Shown piece after piece: positions 39,496-49,056 of a stretch of DNA of 64,000 nt; the first letter of the stretch is position 1, and every line of letters begins with the position of its first letter. This stretch comes from Candidatus Electronema sp. JM. GTDB lineage: Bacteria > Desulfobacterota > Desulfobulbia > Desulfobulbales > Desulfobulbaceae. Under the pieces are notes generated by a model. It had not been told where the DNA came from and did no database searches. It worked only from the letters and a program-made list of their open reading frames with translations. Both the position numbers and the translations under genes were made by a program. Location: positions 88,790 through 152,789 of the forward strand of contig NZ_JBLWEN010000001.1 in the NCBI RefSeq assembly GCF_048287415.1. The letters are read 5' to 3'.

Positions 39496-40212
39496 CTATT
39501 GAGCAGTGCCTTTTCGAGGAATCTTCAGCCGTAGTCTTGGATAAATTAAGTTTGGGTTATCCATCAACTGAGGATGCTTCTCTTTATTTGCCAAAATAAT
39601 TTCTTGAACAGAAACGTGGTGTCGTTCAGCGATCTTTCCTAAACAATCGCCTTCCATTACTTGATAGCAGTCTTTGCCTAAATAGCAATCAACAGTCTCC
39701 TTTAGTTCTGTGATATTTTCTGGATTGGCATAGAATATGTAGACTGGCGCGAAAATCAAAGAAACAGCGTACCATCTTTTTTTACGAAATATCCATCTAA
39801 TGTTTATTGTTTTTTCATAAATTTTTTTTATTTTGCTTTTGCAATTTTCAATAAAAATTATGCCGCCGCTCAAGATGCCATCTATTTTATAGACAAAAAC
39901 AGGCAGATTCGACCTGTATTTCCGTATCAATCTATTTCCATATCCTTCCATGTAAAGAAGGATAAAAAACAATGTAAAAACACAGAATGCTATTATTTTA
40001 AATAAAATCATTAAAATCCAAGGAAGCACCCGGAGCGCAAGCCAAGGAATCAACAACATCAATACGAAAAGAATAACAAACGGGAGTGCAACGGATAGCC
40101 ATTCTGATCTTGATGCAGAAAATAGCTGTTCGGAAATAACTTGGAAGAAAAGAATACCTTTTATAAGGTATTCATCTTGAATTTGGTTTAACAGGCTATT
40201 CAGGCGTTCCAT
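39496..40212 (-). CDS. Membrane protein with a C-terminal LysM domain (last gene of the AT-rich operon)
   Basis: It has 2-3 TM helices (LPFVILFVLMLLIPWLALRVLPWILMILFKIIAFCVFTLFFILL). The C-terminal LysM is CYQVMEGDCLGKIAERHHVSVQEIILANK...NLIYPRLRLKIP. The gene is visibly AT-rich. Its start overlaps the upstream gene by 17 nt. Confidence 0.7.
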   Translation of the reverse strand: MERLNSLLNQIQDEYLIKGILFFQVISEQLFSASRSEWLSVALPFVILFVLMLLIPWLALRVLPWILMILFKIIAFCVFTLFFILLYMEGYGNRLIRKYRSNLPVFVYKIDGILSGGIIFIENCKSKIKKIYEKTINIRWIFRKKRWYAVSLIFAPVYIFYANPENITELKETVDCYLGKDCYQVMEGDCLGKIAERHHVSVQEIILANKEKHPQLMDNPNLIYPRLRLKIPRKGTAQ

Positions 40213-41437
40213 CTCTCCTTATTGATTCAGGGTGTATATTAATATCCGCACTTTCTTCTTGTTGATCCTGTTGTTTTTCCTCGCTGGATGACTTTTCTCC
40301 AATAAGAGCAGCTCCTTGGTCTGACAATCTTCCTACCTTCTGCACAAGTGATTTGGCAATATCCTCAAACCTCCATTCGCCGATCACACCTTTTTCAACG
40401 AAAATTTTTAATATTTCTATACAAGTTGAATTCTCTTCAACACGCATCTTCTCTTCCCTGTCTATTTGCTGTTTGACAAATGAAAGCAATTCTCTGTCGT
40501 TTGGATTTTCTGGATTGCATATTGCAATAATTCCGCGCCAATTACCAATTGACAGGAGCGGCGACAGCAGCGTTTCCCTATTTAGCCTATGATTGAATTC
40601 AATTCGCTGCATTTCAAGCTGCTTCTCAAATTCAATCTGCTTGATTCGCATCTCTGCTTCCATTTTCTTCAATTCAAAATTCATACTTTGTTCCAGCAGG
40701 ATAGTTTGCCTATAAAGCTCAATTTTCCTATCCTTAAATAGCAGCTCCTGTCTCATGGACTCTATCTCCATTTTCTGCTGCATCAGCCGTTTTTCCATTT
40801 CAGCCTTTATGGCATCTACCGAGAATTGCTCCTGAATGATTTTTTCTTGATTTTTTGCATCTATCGTCCCCAGCTTTCCATCAATCAGCCTTTTGCTGAT
40901 GGATTCATGTGGCGACAGCGTAACGAATGGAGGACGGCTTAACTTGAATCCTAAGTCATGAATTTTATTGCCATATATCAATTGACTTTTAAGCTCCTCA
41001 ACAACAGCTCGTTCTGCCTGCGATGCCTGCTCGTTCGCATAGTTTCGACAGATAGGCCGGATTATATCAAGAGCTGACTCTTTTAAAAAATCCCGAATGT
41101 CTCTCCTTCCATTCTGCACAATAAGCAATGGATTATCTATGCAATAAGTCAATGTGACTTCAGCTTGAAAAGGGAGTTCGTCAGCACAAGGAATACTTAC
41201 TGAAAAAAGAATTGAATATTCCGACAGATCAACTTCATAATACACCTTATATGTGCCGATGAGAATGTCGCCAGCTGTCGGCCCGCCATTTTTTCCTGCG
41301 TAAACAACAATTGGCGGACAATTTTCTCCAAGAAAGACATGTGCCTTTCCGAATTTCGGCGATTCAGGCCGTTTGAAGGAAAATTTTTCCAGTTTTCTCT
41401 CAATAACAAGCGGATATTCTTCAGGAGCGAAATCCAT
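40196..41437 (-). CDS. SPFH/band-7 (flotillin-like) domain protein with a long coiled coil and a C-terminal unknown domain
   Basis: The segment AEVTLTYCIDNPLLIVQNGRRDIRDFLKESALDIIRPICRNYANEQASQAERAVVEELKSQLIYGNKIHDLGFKLSRPPFVTLSP matches the SPFH-core consensus pattern. It is followed by an approximately 100-aa heptad-rich E/K/Q coiled coil. No TM segment is present. Confidence 0.5.
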   Translation of the reverse strand: MDFAPEEYPLVIERKLEKFSFKRPESPKFGKAHVFLGENCPPIVVYAGKNGGPTAGDILIGTYKVYYEVDLSEYSILFSVSIPCADELPFQAEVTLTYCIDNPLLIVQNGRRDIRDFLKESALDIIRPICRNYANEQASQAERAVVEELKSQLIYGNKIHDLGFKLSRPPFVTLSPHESISKRLIDGKLGTIDAKNQEKIIQEQFSVDAIKAEMEKRLMQQKMEIESMRQELLFKDRKIELYRQTILLEQSMNFELKKMEAEMRIKQIEFEKQLEMQRIEFNHRLNRETLLSPLLSIGNWRGIIAICNPENPNDRELLSFVKQQIDREEKMRVEENSTCIEILKIFVEKGVIGEWRFEDIAKSLVQKVGRLSDQGAALIGEKSSSEEKQQDQQEESADINIHPESIRRDGTPE

Positions 41438-42929
41438 TTTTTATCTCTGTTAAAATTTTCAAGGAAGTTTCAGATTCATCAGACCATTTTTCTAAGTACG
41501 CGCAAATGCAATTGCGATTTCTTGGAATACGAGAGACATCATATAAAATTCTTGCGAGAGTTTTCCAGAATTTTCCGTGCATGTCAATATGTTTCAGCCA
41601 CTTGAATATTTCAGTAAGAGCAAGTCGTCTGATTGGCTCCGAATCAAAAACTCTTTGCAGCAGACGGACAATGAGTTCTTCCGTCTTTGCTTTCTCTTCC
41701 GCAAGAATAAGAAGGCTCGGATGCTGGGAGCCGTCTTTAATTGACCAAGAAATACGCATCAAATCTGAAAATATAAGCAGAGACAAGCGATGAAGCGAGG
41801 ATTTTTTCTCCTGCCGTCCCCATTGGTTAAGAGATTGCAGAACGAGAACCGACGAACTTGATTGCTTGAAGAGCCATTTGACAGCATAAGCTATATCTTT
41901 AAAGAGTATTCCGTTGCCTGAATTTGCAATATTTCTTAAATCTTCGAGAGCTTGTTCAGGAAAATGCTGACCAAGACAAGAGCAATATGCGAAAATTGCA
42001 GTTTGATTCAATTTGACTGAATTTTTCAGACTACTCCAATAATGAATACTATTTAAAGAAAGTTGAGCAACATCTTCGTTTTCATCATATAAAACAACTG
42101 CAAGCGCAAATCCAACTAATTTTTGGATAGATTGACTTTCTGATTTTGCCCAAGGCAACAATATTTGGTCACGAACCGGTTGAAATTCATACCGTGCCAG
42201 CCGACCCGCTGTTGCTGCTGCTCTCAGTCTGATTTGAGAATTTTCATGTTTCCCTAACTCAAACAACCATTGCAGCATTGCTTTTGCATAAACATCACGT
42301 TCATGCCAGATGTGATGCAAAACAGTTTCTGGAGTTTCTTGGTCATCAAATGCAACTTTCTTGACAGGACTTTTGCCGCATTCGGTAACTTCGCAATCAT
42401 TTTCAAGATGCGCTGATATGTCTTTAAGCCACTGACTCCTTTTCTTTTCCTCTATCTCTTCGTCCAGATTAGAAGTATTTTCTATCTCCGCTTCCTTCCG
42501 CGACTGCAACCGAATGATATTTTGCAAATACTGGCTCGCCTCATCAACTAATCGGTAATTGCAGCCATTAAACACTGACAGTGAAATGATAAAACTGCGC
42601 CTGCTTTTGCAGCTATCAAATATAGATTCGATAGAAGAATCAAACGATTTATCTTTGTCCGCTTGCGTTTTTTGGCCAGAATAATTGCTCTGATCTCCGG
42701 CGATTATCGAGCCAGTATTATTTATATTGCTGTTTGATGCATGAAACCCTCCAGTGTAATTATAATTTTTAATTATTTGAATAATAGTTCTGCTGTTCTC
42801 TGTAAAATCATCTGTTTCGTTCGTATGTATTTTATTGTATTTTATAGATTCTTCAACAGATTTTATACCGTCATCTTCAGAAAGATGATCAATTTTTTCA
42901 AAGAAATTTTCTTCGTCGCCTTGTTCCAT
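41421..42929 (-). CDS. Hypothetical 502-aa protein with a C-terminal HEAT/ARM-like helical repeat region and an acidic N-terminus
   Basis: It is tightly coupled to its neighbours (a 14-nt gap upstream and a 17-nt overlap downstream). It carries no family motif I recognise. The C-terminal half is predicted all-alpha with periodic L/A/W patterns. Confidence 0.45.
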   Translation of the reverse strand: MEQGDEENFFEKIDHLSEDDGIKSVEESIKYNKIHTNETDDFTENSRTIIQIIKNYNYTGGFHASNSNINNTGSIIAGDQSNYSGQKTQADKDKSFDSSIESIFDSCKSRRSFIISLSVFNGCNYRLVDEASQYLQNIIRLQSRKEAEIENTSNLDEEIEEKKRSQWLKDISAHLENDCEVTECGKSPVKKVAFDDQETPETVLHHIWHERDVYAKAMLQWLFELGKHENSQIRLRAAATAGRLARYEFQPVRDQILLPWAKSESQSIQKLVGFALAVVLYDENEDVAQLSLNSIHYWSSLKNSVKLNQTAIFAYCSCLGQHFPEQALEDLRNIANSGNGILFKDIAYAVKWLFKQSSSSVLVLQSLNQWGRQEKKSSLHRLSLLIFSDLMRISWSIKDGSQHPSLLILAEEKAKTEELIVRLLQRVFDSEPIRRLALTEIFKWLKHIDMHGKFWKTLARILYDVSRIPRNRNCICAYLEKWSDESETSLKILTEIKNGFRS

Positions 42930-42942
42930 TTTTGATCTCTCT

Positions 42943-43353
42943 TCATTTTTTATTTATTTGATCCCTGCCTATAAAAGTCCCTTCATTGACAAAGGTGGAA
43001 TTTTTGATAAGCACACCTCCTGTTTGCACAATTCTTTCTACCTTTACCCCATAAAGCCGTGCGATATCTAACGCTAATTCCTGATCTTCTTGGAGCAGCT
43101 TTTTCACTTGAAAGTGCAGAGTCTTCTGCGCATCTTCTTCTGAAGGATCCCGTACCACATCTTCTGCCGCCATTTTCACACCTTCAACTCTTGCAGAAGA
43201 ACGGGAAGAAATTTTTGTCCAGACAGCCTTGGCCGTCTCCCATCCGTCAGAACCTATTTTTTCTAACGCTCCTCCCAGTATCTGTCCCCCACCGCTCAAC
43301 AGATAAGGAAGTACTGGCACTAAAGAAGAAACAACCATTTCAGCAAGTTCCAT
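42943..43353 (-). CDS. Hypothetical 136-aa protein, first gene of the AT-rich operon
   Basis: The ORF has a Gly-rich N-terminus (LLSGGGQILGGALEKIGSDGWE). It is followed within 14 nt by the next gene. No homology is recognised. Confidence 0.4.
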   Translation of the reverse strand: MELAEMVVSSLVPVLPYLLSGGGQILGGALEKIGSDGWETAKAVWTKISSRSSARVEGVKMAAEDVVRDPSEEDAQKTLHFQVKKLLQEDQELALDIARLYGVKVERIVQTGGVLIKNSTFVNEGTFIGRDQINKK

Positions 43354-43534
43354 AGTTTTTTCTCAATGTCTCAAGTTGTTCCAGCAGCCAGAGCAATTCA
43401 GGCTTGACAAGGGCAGGCTGCCGATGAATACTGCGCTGCTCAGTATGTGATCACCTGCAATAAATTTCAAGTATTTTAAAAGGGCTTTTGAGCTGCCTTG
43501 CTGCCTGTCTCGGCGGTGCAACAGCGGAGGCCGT

Positions 43535-43592
43535 CACATCGTTTACATTGAAAAAACAAGGCTACAGGTCACAGCTTGGATTGAGCATTTAC
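43535..43592. promoter_or_regulatory. Conserved ~55-bp boundary element, copy A: ATTGAAAAAACAAGGCTACAGGTCACAGCTTGGATTGAGCATTTAC
   Basis: It is near-identical to 48998..49056 (ATTGAAAAAGCAATGTTATAGATCACAACTTGGATTGAGTGTATTG). Both copies lie 3' of a GC-rich minus-strand gene and 5' of an AT-rich minus-strand cassette. Confidence 0.6.
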
Positions 43593-43653
43593 GTCGAGGA
43601 AGTTTTCAAATTATCTAAAAACTGAAATACTACAGCTTGCATGTCCGGCAGCT

Positions 43654-45081
43654 TTAATACGCCCCCTTGCCGCTGATCATGCAGCCGACCGTTTTGAGGA
43701 TGATCTTCAGATCGCCGACAAGGGAGTGATTGAGGACATACCAGTCATCCAGCTCAATTCGCTCCTGATAATTTTCCGTATCGCTGCGTTTGCTCACCTG
43801 CCACAGCCCGGTGATGCCCGGCTTCATCGAGACATAGCGGCCCGCGCTCGGCCCGCCGCTGCCCTTGTAGTATTCCTCCAGCTCTCTGCCGACGATAGGC
43901 CGTGCCCCGACCACGCTCATTTCGCCTTTCAGGACGTTGATAAACTGGGGGAATTCATCCAAGCTGCTGCGGCGGAGAAAACGGCCCATCCGCGTCACAC
44001 GGGGGTCATGCTTGAGTTTGAAGGTGCTGCGCCATTCCTCGGCCAAGGCAGAATCACGTTCCAGCAGCTCGTGCAGCTTCTTATCTGCGTCCACCACCAT
44101 CGTGCGAAACTTCAGGCATTCAAATTCCCGGCCTGTCGCGGTGATCCGCCGATGGCGGTAGATCACCGGCCCTCTGCTGTCCAATTTAATCAGCAGCATG
44201 ATCAAGAACATCAGCGGCGCGGTCAGGATGAGGATAAGTAGTGAAAAAACGATATCAAAGCTGCGCTTCCAGCTATGATCTGGGTTGAAGCTGAGAACCA
44301 GCATTTCGCCGATGGACTGTATCTCCGCGTGATGTAAACCGAAAATATAGAGATCAGGCACCAGATAGAGCTGTGCGCCGAGGTCGCGGCATTCGCGCAG
44401 GATCCAGAAGATTTTCCGCTCCGCCCGCATCGGCAAGGCGATATACACGTAGTCAATGTCGTTGACCATCAGATATTCGCGCAAATCACGGATTCTGCCG
44501 AGCAAGGGTTTGTTGACCGCAAGATGGCCTTTTTGCTCCAGCTTGTCGTCAAAAAAACCCAGCACTTCGATGCCCGCCCACGGAATGGCCTCGGTCTGCT
44601 GGGCCATCCGCACCCCCAGTTCGCCCGCGCCGATGACCACCGCATGGCGGATGTTTTTGCCCTGCGCCCGGTAATGGCGCAGAAGCTGACGCACTGCCAA
44701 ATGGGAAAGGAAAAGCAGCAGCGGCGTGGTCAATGACCAGACGATGAAGATTGCCCGCGAGTAGCCTTCCGAAACTTTGCAGATGAAGAAATAGAAAAGC
44801 AGGATGCCGACAACTGCCGCCCAGGCCTTCAGGATGACGAAAAATTCCAGATAGAGCTTCCAGCCCCGCCACGAGCGGTAAAGCTGAAAATAATGAAAGC
44901 TGATAAAACTGGCGACAAAAACGACAGCCTCAAGCCAGGTGTAGTATTGGCTCCACGGCACCTGATGCCAATCCACCAGCAAGCTGAGATAGCCGCAGAC
45001 CAGCAGGCAATCGAGAATATGCAGCAGTTTGTAGATGGACGAGGTGCGCTGACGCAGGTTCCACGACAGGGCAGGGGACAT
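43654..45081 (-). CDS. Polyprenyl-phosphate hexose-1-phosphate transferase (WbaP/EpsB-type bacterial sugar transferase)
   Basis: It has N-terminal TM helices, a Rossmann-like segment (VVIGAGELGVRMA), and the C-terminal Bac_transf domain (KRSFDIVFSLLILILTAPLMF...DSRGPVIYRHRRI...DEFPQFINVLKGEMSVVGARP). Confidence 0.85.
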   Translation of the reverse strand: MSPALSWNLRQRTSSIYKLLHILDCLLVCGYLSLLVDWHQVPWSQYYTWLEAVVFVASFISFHYFQLYRSWRGWKLYLEFFVILKAWAAVVGILLFYFFICKVSEGYSRAIFIVWSLTTPLLLFLSHLAVRQLLRHYRAQGKNIRHAVVIGAGELGVRMAQQTEAIPWAGIEVLGFFDDKLEQKGHLAVNKPLLGRIRDLREYLMVNDIDYVYIALPMRAERKIFWILRECRDLGAQLYLVPDLYIFGLHHAEIQSIGEMLVLSFNPDHSWKRSFDIVFSLLILILTAPLMFLIMLLIKLDSRGPVIYRHRRITATGREFECLKFRTMVVDADKKLHELLERDSALAEEWRSTFKLKHDPRVTRMGRFLRRSSLDEFPQFINVLKGEMSVVGARPIVGRELEEYYKGSGGPSAGRYVSMKPGITGLWQVSKRSDTENYQERIELDDWYVLNHSLVGDLKIILKTVGCMISGKGAY

Positions 45082-45084
45082 GGA

Positions 45085-46020
45085 TTAACGTGCCCAGCCT
45101 TGCCAGCCGGGATTCATGCTGAGTGTTTTCGCCCAAGACCGGGGCAGCAGGCGGTGCCGTCTGCCGAGCTGATAGGCGATGAATTTGCCTGCATTGCGGC
45201 AAAACCATTCCGGCAGGAGCTGGTATTTTTTCCGGGCCAACAGCAAGGCCAGCTCGGAACGCACATACTGCCTGCCTGCGCCGCCAGCCCCGCCGAACTG
45301 CCGCAGCAGAGCCTGCTCTTCGGCATGAAGCACGCCAATGTCGAAATACCGCCGCGCTTCCTGCATGATAGAGTAATTATGAGAATGCCAGACAAGGGCC
45401 TCGCTGACGTAGAGCACATCATAGCCGTTTTCAAGCAGTTTGGCCAAGGTCAAGGTGTCTTCGCCAAAAAGAAGCCGCTGCGGGAAATAACCAGCAGTAG
45501 CCAGCGGCTCCCGTCGCCATGCGGCAAAGGAATTGGAGATGAAAATGGTTTTGAAGCCGAATTTGGCTCGATCGTTCCAGCGGCGGCATTGCGCCTGCTC
45601 TGGATAATTGAAACGGCGCAGATGCTCGCTGAACAGCGTGGCATCTTGGGCCGGAAGCTGGCGGCCATAGGTGGCGGCCAGCCTGTCTTTATCGTGAAAA
45701 GGCCGGACTAATCGCTCCAGCGCGTCATCTGCCGCCGGAATTGCGTCTTGGCTCATGCAGATGAGAATTTCGCCGGAGGTCTGCTGGGCAGCCCAAGTGC
45801 GAGTGCCGCCGTGATCAAAATCCTGCTGAGGAATTTCCAGCAGGCGGATGGCCGGATTGGTGGTCTGATGCCGCCGGATGATGCTCAAACTGTTGTCAGT
45901 GGAGCCGGAATCCACCAGCAGAATTTCGTCGGGCAGCAAGGTCTGCCGGGCCAGCGCAGTGAGCAGCTCGTCCAGCCAGTACCCGCCGTTCCAAACAGGA
46001 ATAATGAGCGAGACGGTCAT
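45085..46020 (-). CDS. Family-2 glycosyltransferase
   Basis: Key motifs are VSLIIPVWNGGYWLDELLTALARQT...EILLVDSGSTDNS and DxD-like D..QDA...FGEDTL. Confidence 0.8.
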   Translation of the reverse strand: MTVSLIIPVWNGGYWLDELLTALARQTLLPDEILLVDSGSTDNSLSIIRRHQTTNPAIRLLEIPQQDFDHGGTRTWAAQQTSGEILICMSQDAIPAADDALERLVRPFHDKDRLAATYGRQLPAQDATLFSEHLRRFNYPEQAQCRRWNDRAKFGFKTIFISNSFAAWRREPLATAGYFPQRLLFGEDTLTLAKLLENGYDVLYVSEALVWHSHNYSIMQEARRYFDIGVLHAEEQALLRQFGGAGGAGRQYVRSELALLLARKKYQLLPEWFCRNAGKFIAYQLGRRHRLLPRSWAKTLSMNPGWQGWAR

Positions 46021-46023
46021 GCG

Positions 46024-47334
46024 TCACAGCTCGTTCTGCCACTCAGCCAGCAGTCGCAAGGCCAGCTCGGCCCGCTGGCCGCCTCGGTCTTTTTTGCGCA
46101 CTCGGCCCGACAGCGGCGGGAAGAGGCCGAAGTTGACATTCGAGGGTTGAAAATGGGCCGGATCGGTTTCAGTGAGATGACGGATAAGTGCGCCAAGAGC
46201 AGTGCCTGCGGGCGGCGCGGCCATTGTTTGCCCCTGCGCCAAGCGGGCGGCGTTGATACCTGCCAGCAGACCCATCGCCGTTGACTCCACATAGCCCTCG
46301 ACCCCGGAAAGCTGTCCGGCAAGGAAGAGGCCGGGCCGCTTTTTCATCTGTAAAAATGGATCAAGCAAGACCGGGGCGCAGATGAAGGTGTTGCGGTGAA
46401 TGGAGCCGAGACGGACGAACTCCGCCTGCTCCAAGCCGGGAATAGTGCGGAAAACCCGCTGCTGCTCGGCATAGGTGAGCTTGGTCTGGAAGCCGACGAG
46501 ATTGTACGAAGTGCCGTCGAGGTTCTCGGCCCGCAGCTGGACAACCGCGTGCGGCTCCCTGCCGGTGCGCGGATCAGCCAAGCCGACCGGCTTCATCGGC
46601 CCGAAACGCAGGGTGTCCTTGCCGCGTGCGCACATCACCTCAATCGGCAGGCAGCCCTCAAAATACTTCGGCTCCTCGAACGCCTTCAGCGGCACGGTTT
46701 GGGCATTGCCGAGCAAGTCAATGAAGGCGTTGTACTCCGCCTCATCCATCGGGCAGTTGAGGTAATCGCCCGGCGTGTCGTCATCCCAGCGCGATTTGCG
46801 GTAGATACGCTTCATGTTGAGCGAGTCTGCGGCCACAATCGGGGCGATGGCATCGTAGAAAGCGAGATGCTGTTCTCCGGTCAGAGCGATCAAGCTGGCG
46901 GTCATGGCCTCGGAGGTCAGCGGCCCGGTGGCGAGAATCACCGGCCTGTCCGTCTCCGGCAGGGCTGTGACTTCCTCGCGGATGACGGTGATGCGCGGAT
47001 GCGCGTCCATAACTCTGGTCAGATATTCAGCAAACTGCTGCCGGTCAACCGCCAGTGCTGTGCCTGCCGGAACCGCGCTGGCCTCCGCCGCCCGGATGAC
47101 CAATGAATACAGCCGCCGCATTTCCTCTTTCAGCAGGCCGACCGCCGAATCCGGCGCATTGGAGCGCAGCGAGTTCGAGCAGACTAATTCGCCGAGCAGC
47201 TCGGATTCGTGCGCCGGGCTGAAGCGCGTCGGCTTCATCTCGTATAATTCGACGGAGCAGCCGCGCTGCGCAGCCTGCCAAGCGGCCTCGCAGCCCGCTA
47301 AGCCGCCGCCGATGATTTTAATGGATGCGGTCAT
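46024..47334 (-). CDS. trmFO: Methylenetetrahydrofolate--tRNA-(uracil54-C5)-methyltransferase, FAD-dependent (TrmFO/Gid)
   Basis: The FAD dinucleotide fold is [18 protein letters not shown]. Typical TrmFO internal blocks follow ([29 protein letters not shown]). Confidence 0.88.
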   Translation of the reverse strand: MTASIKIIGGGLAGCEAAWQAAQRGCSVELYEMKPTRFSPAHESELLGELVCSNSLRSNAPDSAVGLLKEEMRRLYSLVIRAAEASAVPAGTALAVDRQQFAEYLTRVMDAHPRITVIREEVTALPETDRPVILATGPLTSEAMTASLIALTGEQHLAFYDAIAPIVAADSLNMKRIYRKSRWDDDTPGDYLNCPMDEAEYNAFIDLLGNAQTVPLKAFEEPKYFEGCLPIEVMCARGKDTLRFGPMKPVGLADPRTGREPHAVVQLRAENLDGTSYNLVGFQTKLTYAEQQRVFRTIPGLEQAEFVRLGSIHRNTFICAPVLLDPFLQMKKRPGLFLAGQLSGVEGYVESTAMGLLAGINAARLAQGQTMAAPPAGTALGALIRHLTETDPAHFQPSNVNFGLFPPLSGRVRKKDRGGQRAELALRLLAEWQNEL

Positions 47335-47340
47335 GAAAAA

Positions 47341-48318
47341 TCAGTCCTTGCGCCTGCTGATGCTGACGCGTTGCAGCAGGCGGTTCTGGTCTTTGGCACC
47401 GTCATAGGCAATGACAAGCTGCCAGCTGTCCTGCCGCTCCTCAAGCACAGCCAAGCCCTCAGCCTTGGAGTCCTCGTCCGGCGGCGCAATTTCACCAAGC
47501 AGACACAGCCTGCCCATATCCTCCGGCCTGCGGTCTTTGCCCGGCACCGTGTCTTTGCCGTTCCAATGATAAATTTGATACGAATCTGTCCCGTCGCCCA
47601 CCGGCCCGGCCAAGATCAAAAAACCGTCAGCAACAGTGGCGAGATCGCGGATACCCCGCCCGCCGAGCCGGACATACAGCAGCTCGTATTGTTCCGGCTC
47701 CTCCCAACGCAGCCGCAGCACCGGGACGTAATTGTCCCGGAAGACCGGTCCCCGGAAACCGACATGCAGCCAGCCGTCCTTGACAGCAAGGCCTTCAATG
47801 TCAACGCCGTTCTCTTTGCTGGGAATGCCGCAGAAGGCTTTCAAGGCCGGATCATTATAAATGATGCCGCGCAGACTGATTCTGTCCTTCGCCAGCTCCT
47901 TGCCGTCTTCATTCAGCCGCAGGCGGAAGAGCCAGTCCCGGCTGACCTCGTCTTCAATTTTGTCCTGATGAAAAGTCTCCCGGTTTTCCTTCCAGTTGCG
48001 TTCTTTCTTGATCTTCTTCCGTTTGGAGGAGTGCGAGCCGATGACGTAAGCAAGATCGCCTTCAACGCAGATGCCTTCAATATCCAGCTCCTTGCCTTGC
48101 GTTACGAGGATACTGTGCGCCGCCACGCAGCTGCCGTCGCTGTTTATCGTAAGAAACTGAATGCGATTCTCGTCTCCGTCATGGCCTGATGCCTCGTCTG
48201 CGCCGATGATTAAAAAGGAGCGGAACTTTGCGACCGCGCTCACATTCTCAAGGGCCAAAATTTCGCCTGATATGCTTATAAAGCAAGCAGGTGCCATATC
48301 CTCATTTCTCCATAACAT
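47341..48318 (-). CDS. Hypothetical protein of 325 aa
   Basis: This is an ORF with no motif I can name. Its GC level is close to the background. Confidence 0.4.
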   Translation of the reverse strand: MLWRNEDMAPACFISISGEILALENVSAVAKFRSFLIIGADEASGHDGDENRIQFLTINSDGSCVAAHSILVTQGKELDIEGICVEGDLAYVIGSHSSKRKKIKKERNWKENRETFHQDKIEDEVSRDWLFRLRLNEDGKELAKDRISLRGIIYNDPALKAFCGIPSKENGVDIEGLAVKDGWLHVGFRGPVFRDNYVPVLRLRWEEPEQYELLYVRLGGRGIRDLATVADGFLILAGPVGDGTDSYQIYHWNGKDTVPGKDRRPEDMGRLCLLGEIAPPDEDSKAEGLAVLEERQDSWQLVIAYDGAKDQNRLLQRVSISRRKD

Positions 48319-48967
48319 TATATTTCTTAATATGCCTGAAAGCGGTCAACGCATCAAGGATGAAATCAAGCGATCCGGCTGGGCCATTGTAATGATAGAC
48401 ATTCTTCTTAGCCATGACCAATTCTCCGATATGCACTGGTGAAAAATCAGGATCAGCGCATGAAAGCTGGAACCATTCTCCTTCTTTTTTTTGAAACTTC
48501 CCCTGCATGGCTTCGATATCATAATTTGCCACCTGGTCATCTGTCGCCCGCCACATATTGTAGCTGCCATGCCCGACAAGCACGATGCTTTGATATTTTG
48601 GATCAGTGAGAACGTTCATGAAATCCGCTTTGGTAGCCGCAAAAAAATAGTCTATTTTTTCTCCTCTTGCATTAAAATACCACGTCCATGCCGGGTAGCT
48701 TCCCAAAAAGCCGAACGGCGGCGCCCAATAATCATAATCTGAAAAGGCATGTGCGGACAGCAGAATTGCGGCGTTCTTATCTGTTTTTGTAAGTAAATTT
48801 GAAGTGAATGCAATCGCCGCTATTGGTATATAAACTGCGATAAGAATAACAACATATTTTATCAGAGGCTTAATGCTGATAGTTCCAAATTTTTTCTTAA
48901 ATATAACGTGATATAAGCTCATGGGTGTCGTGCATGTTGAAATGATATAGCTTTTTCTTATGATCAA
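48302..48967 (-). CDS. Hypothetical membrane-anchored protein of 221 aa; an AT-rich single-gene cassette
   Basis: It has an N-terminal TM (VVILIAVYIPIAAIAF). The gene is visibly AT-rich. The conserved 55-bp element lies about 40-100 bp upstream on its strand. Confidence 0.4.
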   Translation of the reverse strand: MIIRKSYIISTCTTPMSLYHVIFKKKFGTISIKPLIKYVVILIAVYIPIAAIAFTSNLLTKTDKNAAILLSAHAFSDYDYWAPPFGFLGSYPAWTWYFNARGEKIDYFFAATKADFMNVLTDPKYQSIVLVGHGSYNMWRATDDQVANYDIEAMQGKFQKKEGEWFQLSCADPDFSPVHIGELVMAKKNVYHYNGPAGSLDFILDALTAFRHIKKYNVMEK

Positions 48968-48997
48968 AACTCTCAGCGTATATCCATGTCGTCACCT

Positions 48998-49056
48998 GAC
49001 ATGGCTTTAAATTGAAAAAGCAATGTTATAGATCACAACTTGGATTGAGTGTATTG
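48998..49056. promoter_or_regulatory. Conserved ~55-bp boundary element, copy B
   Basis: See copy A. It overlaps the last approximately 10 codons of the histidine kinase ORF (...KDNTLNPSCDL*). Confidence 0.6.
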
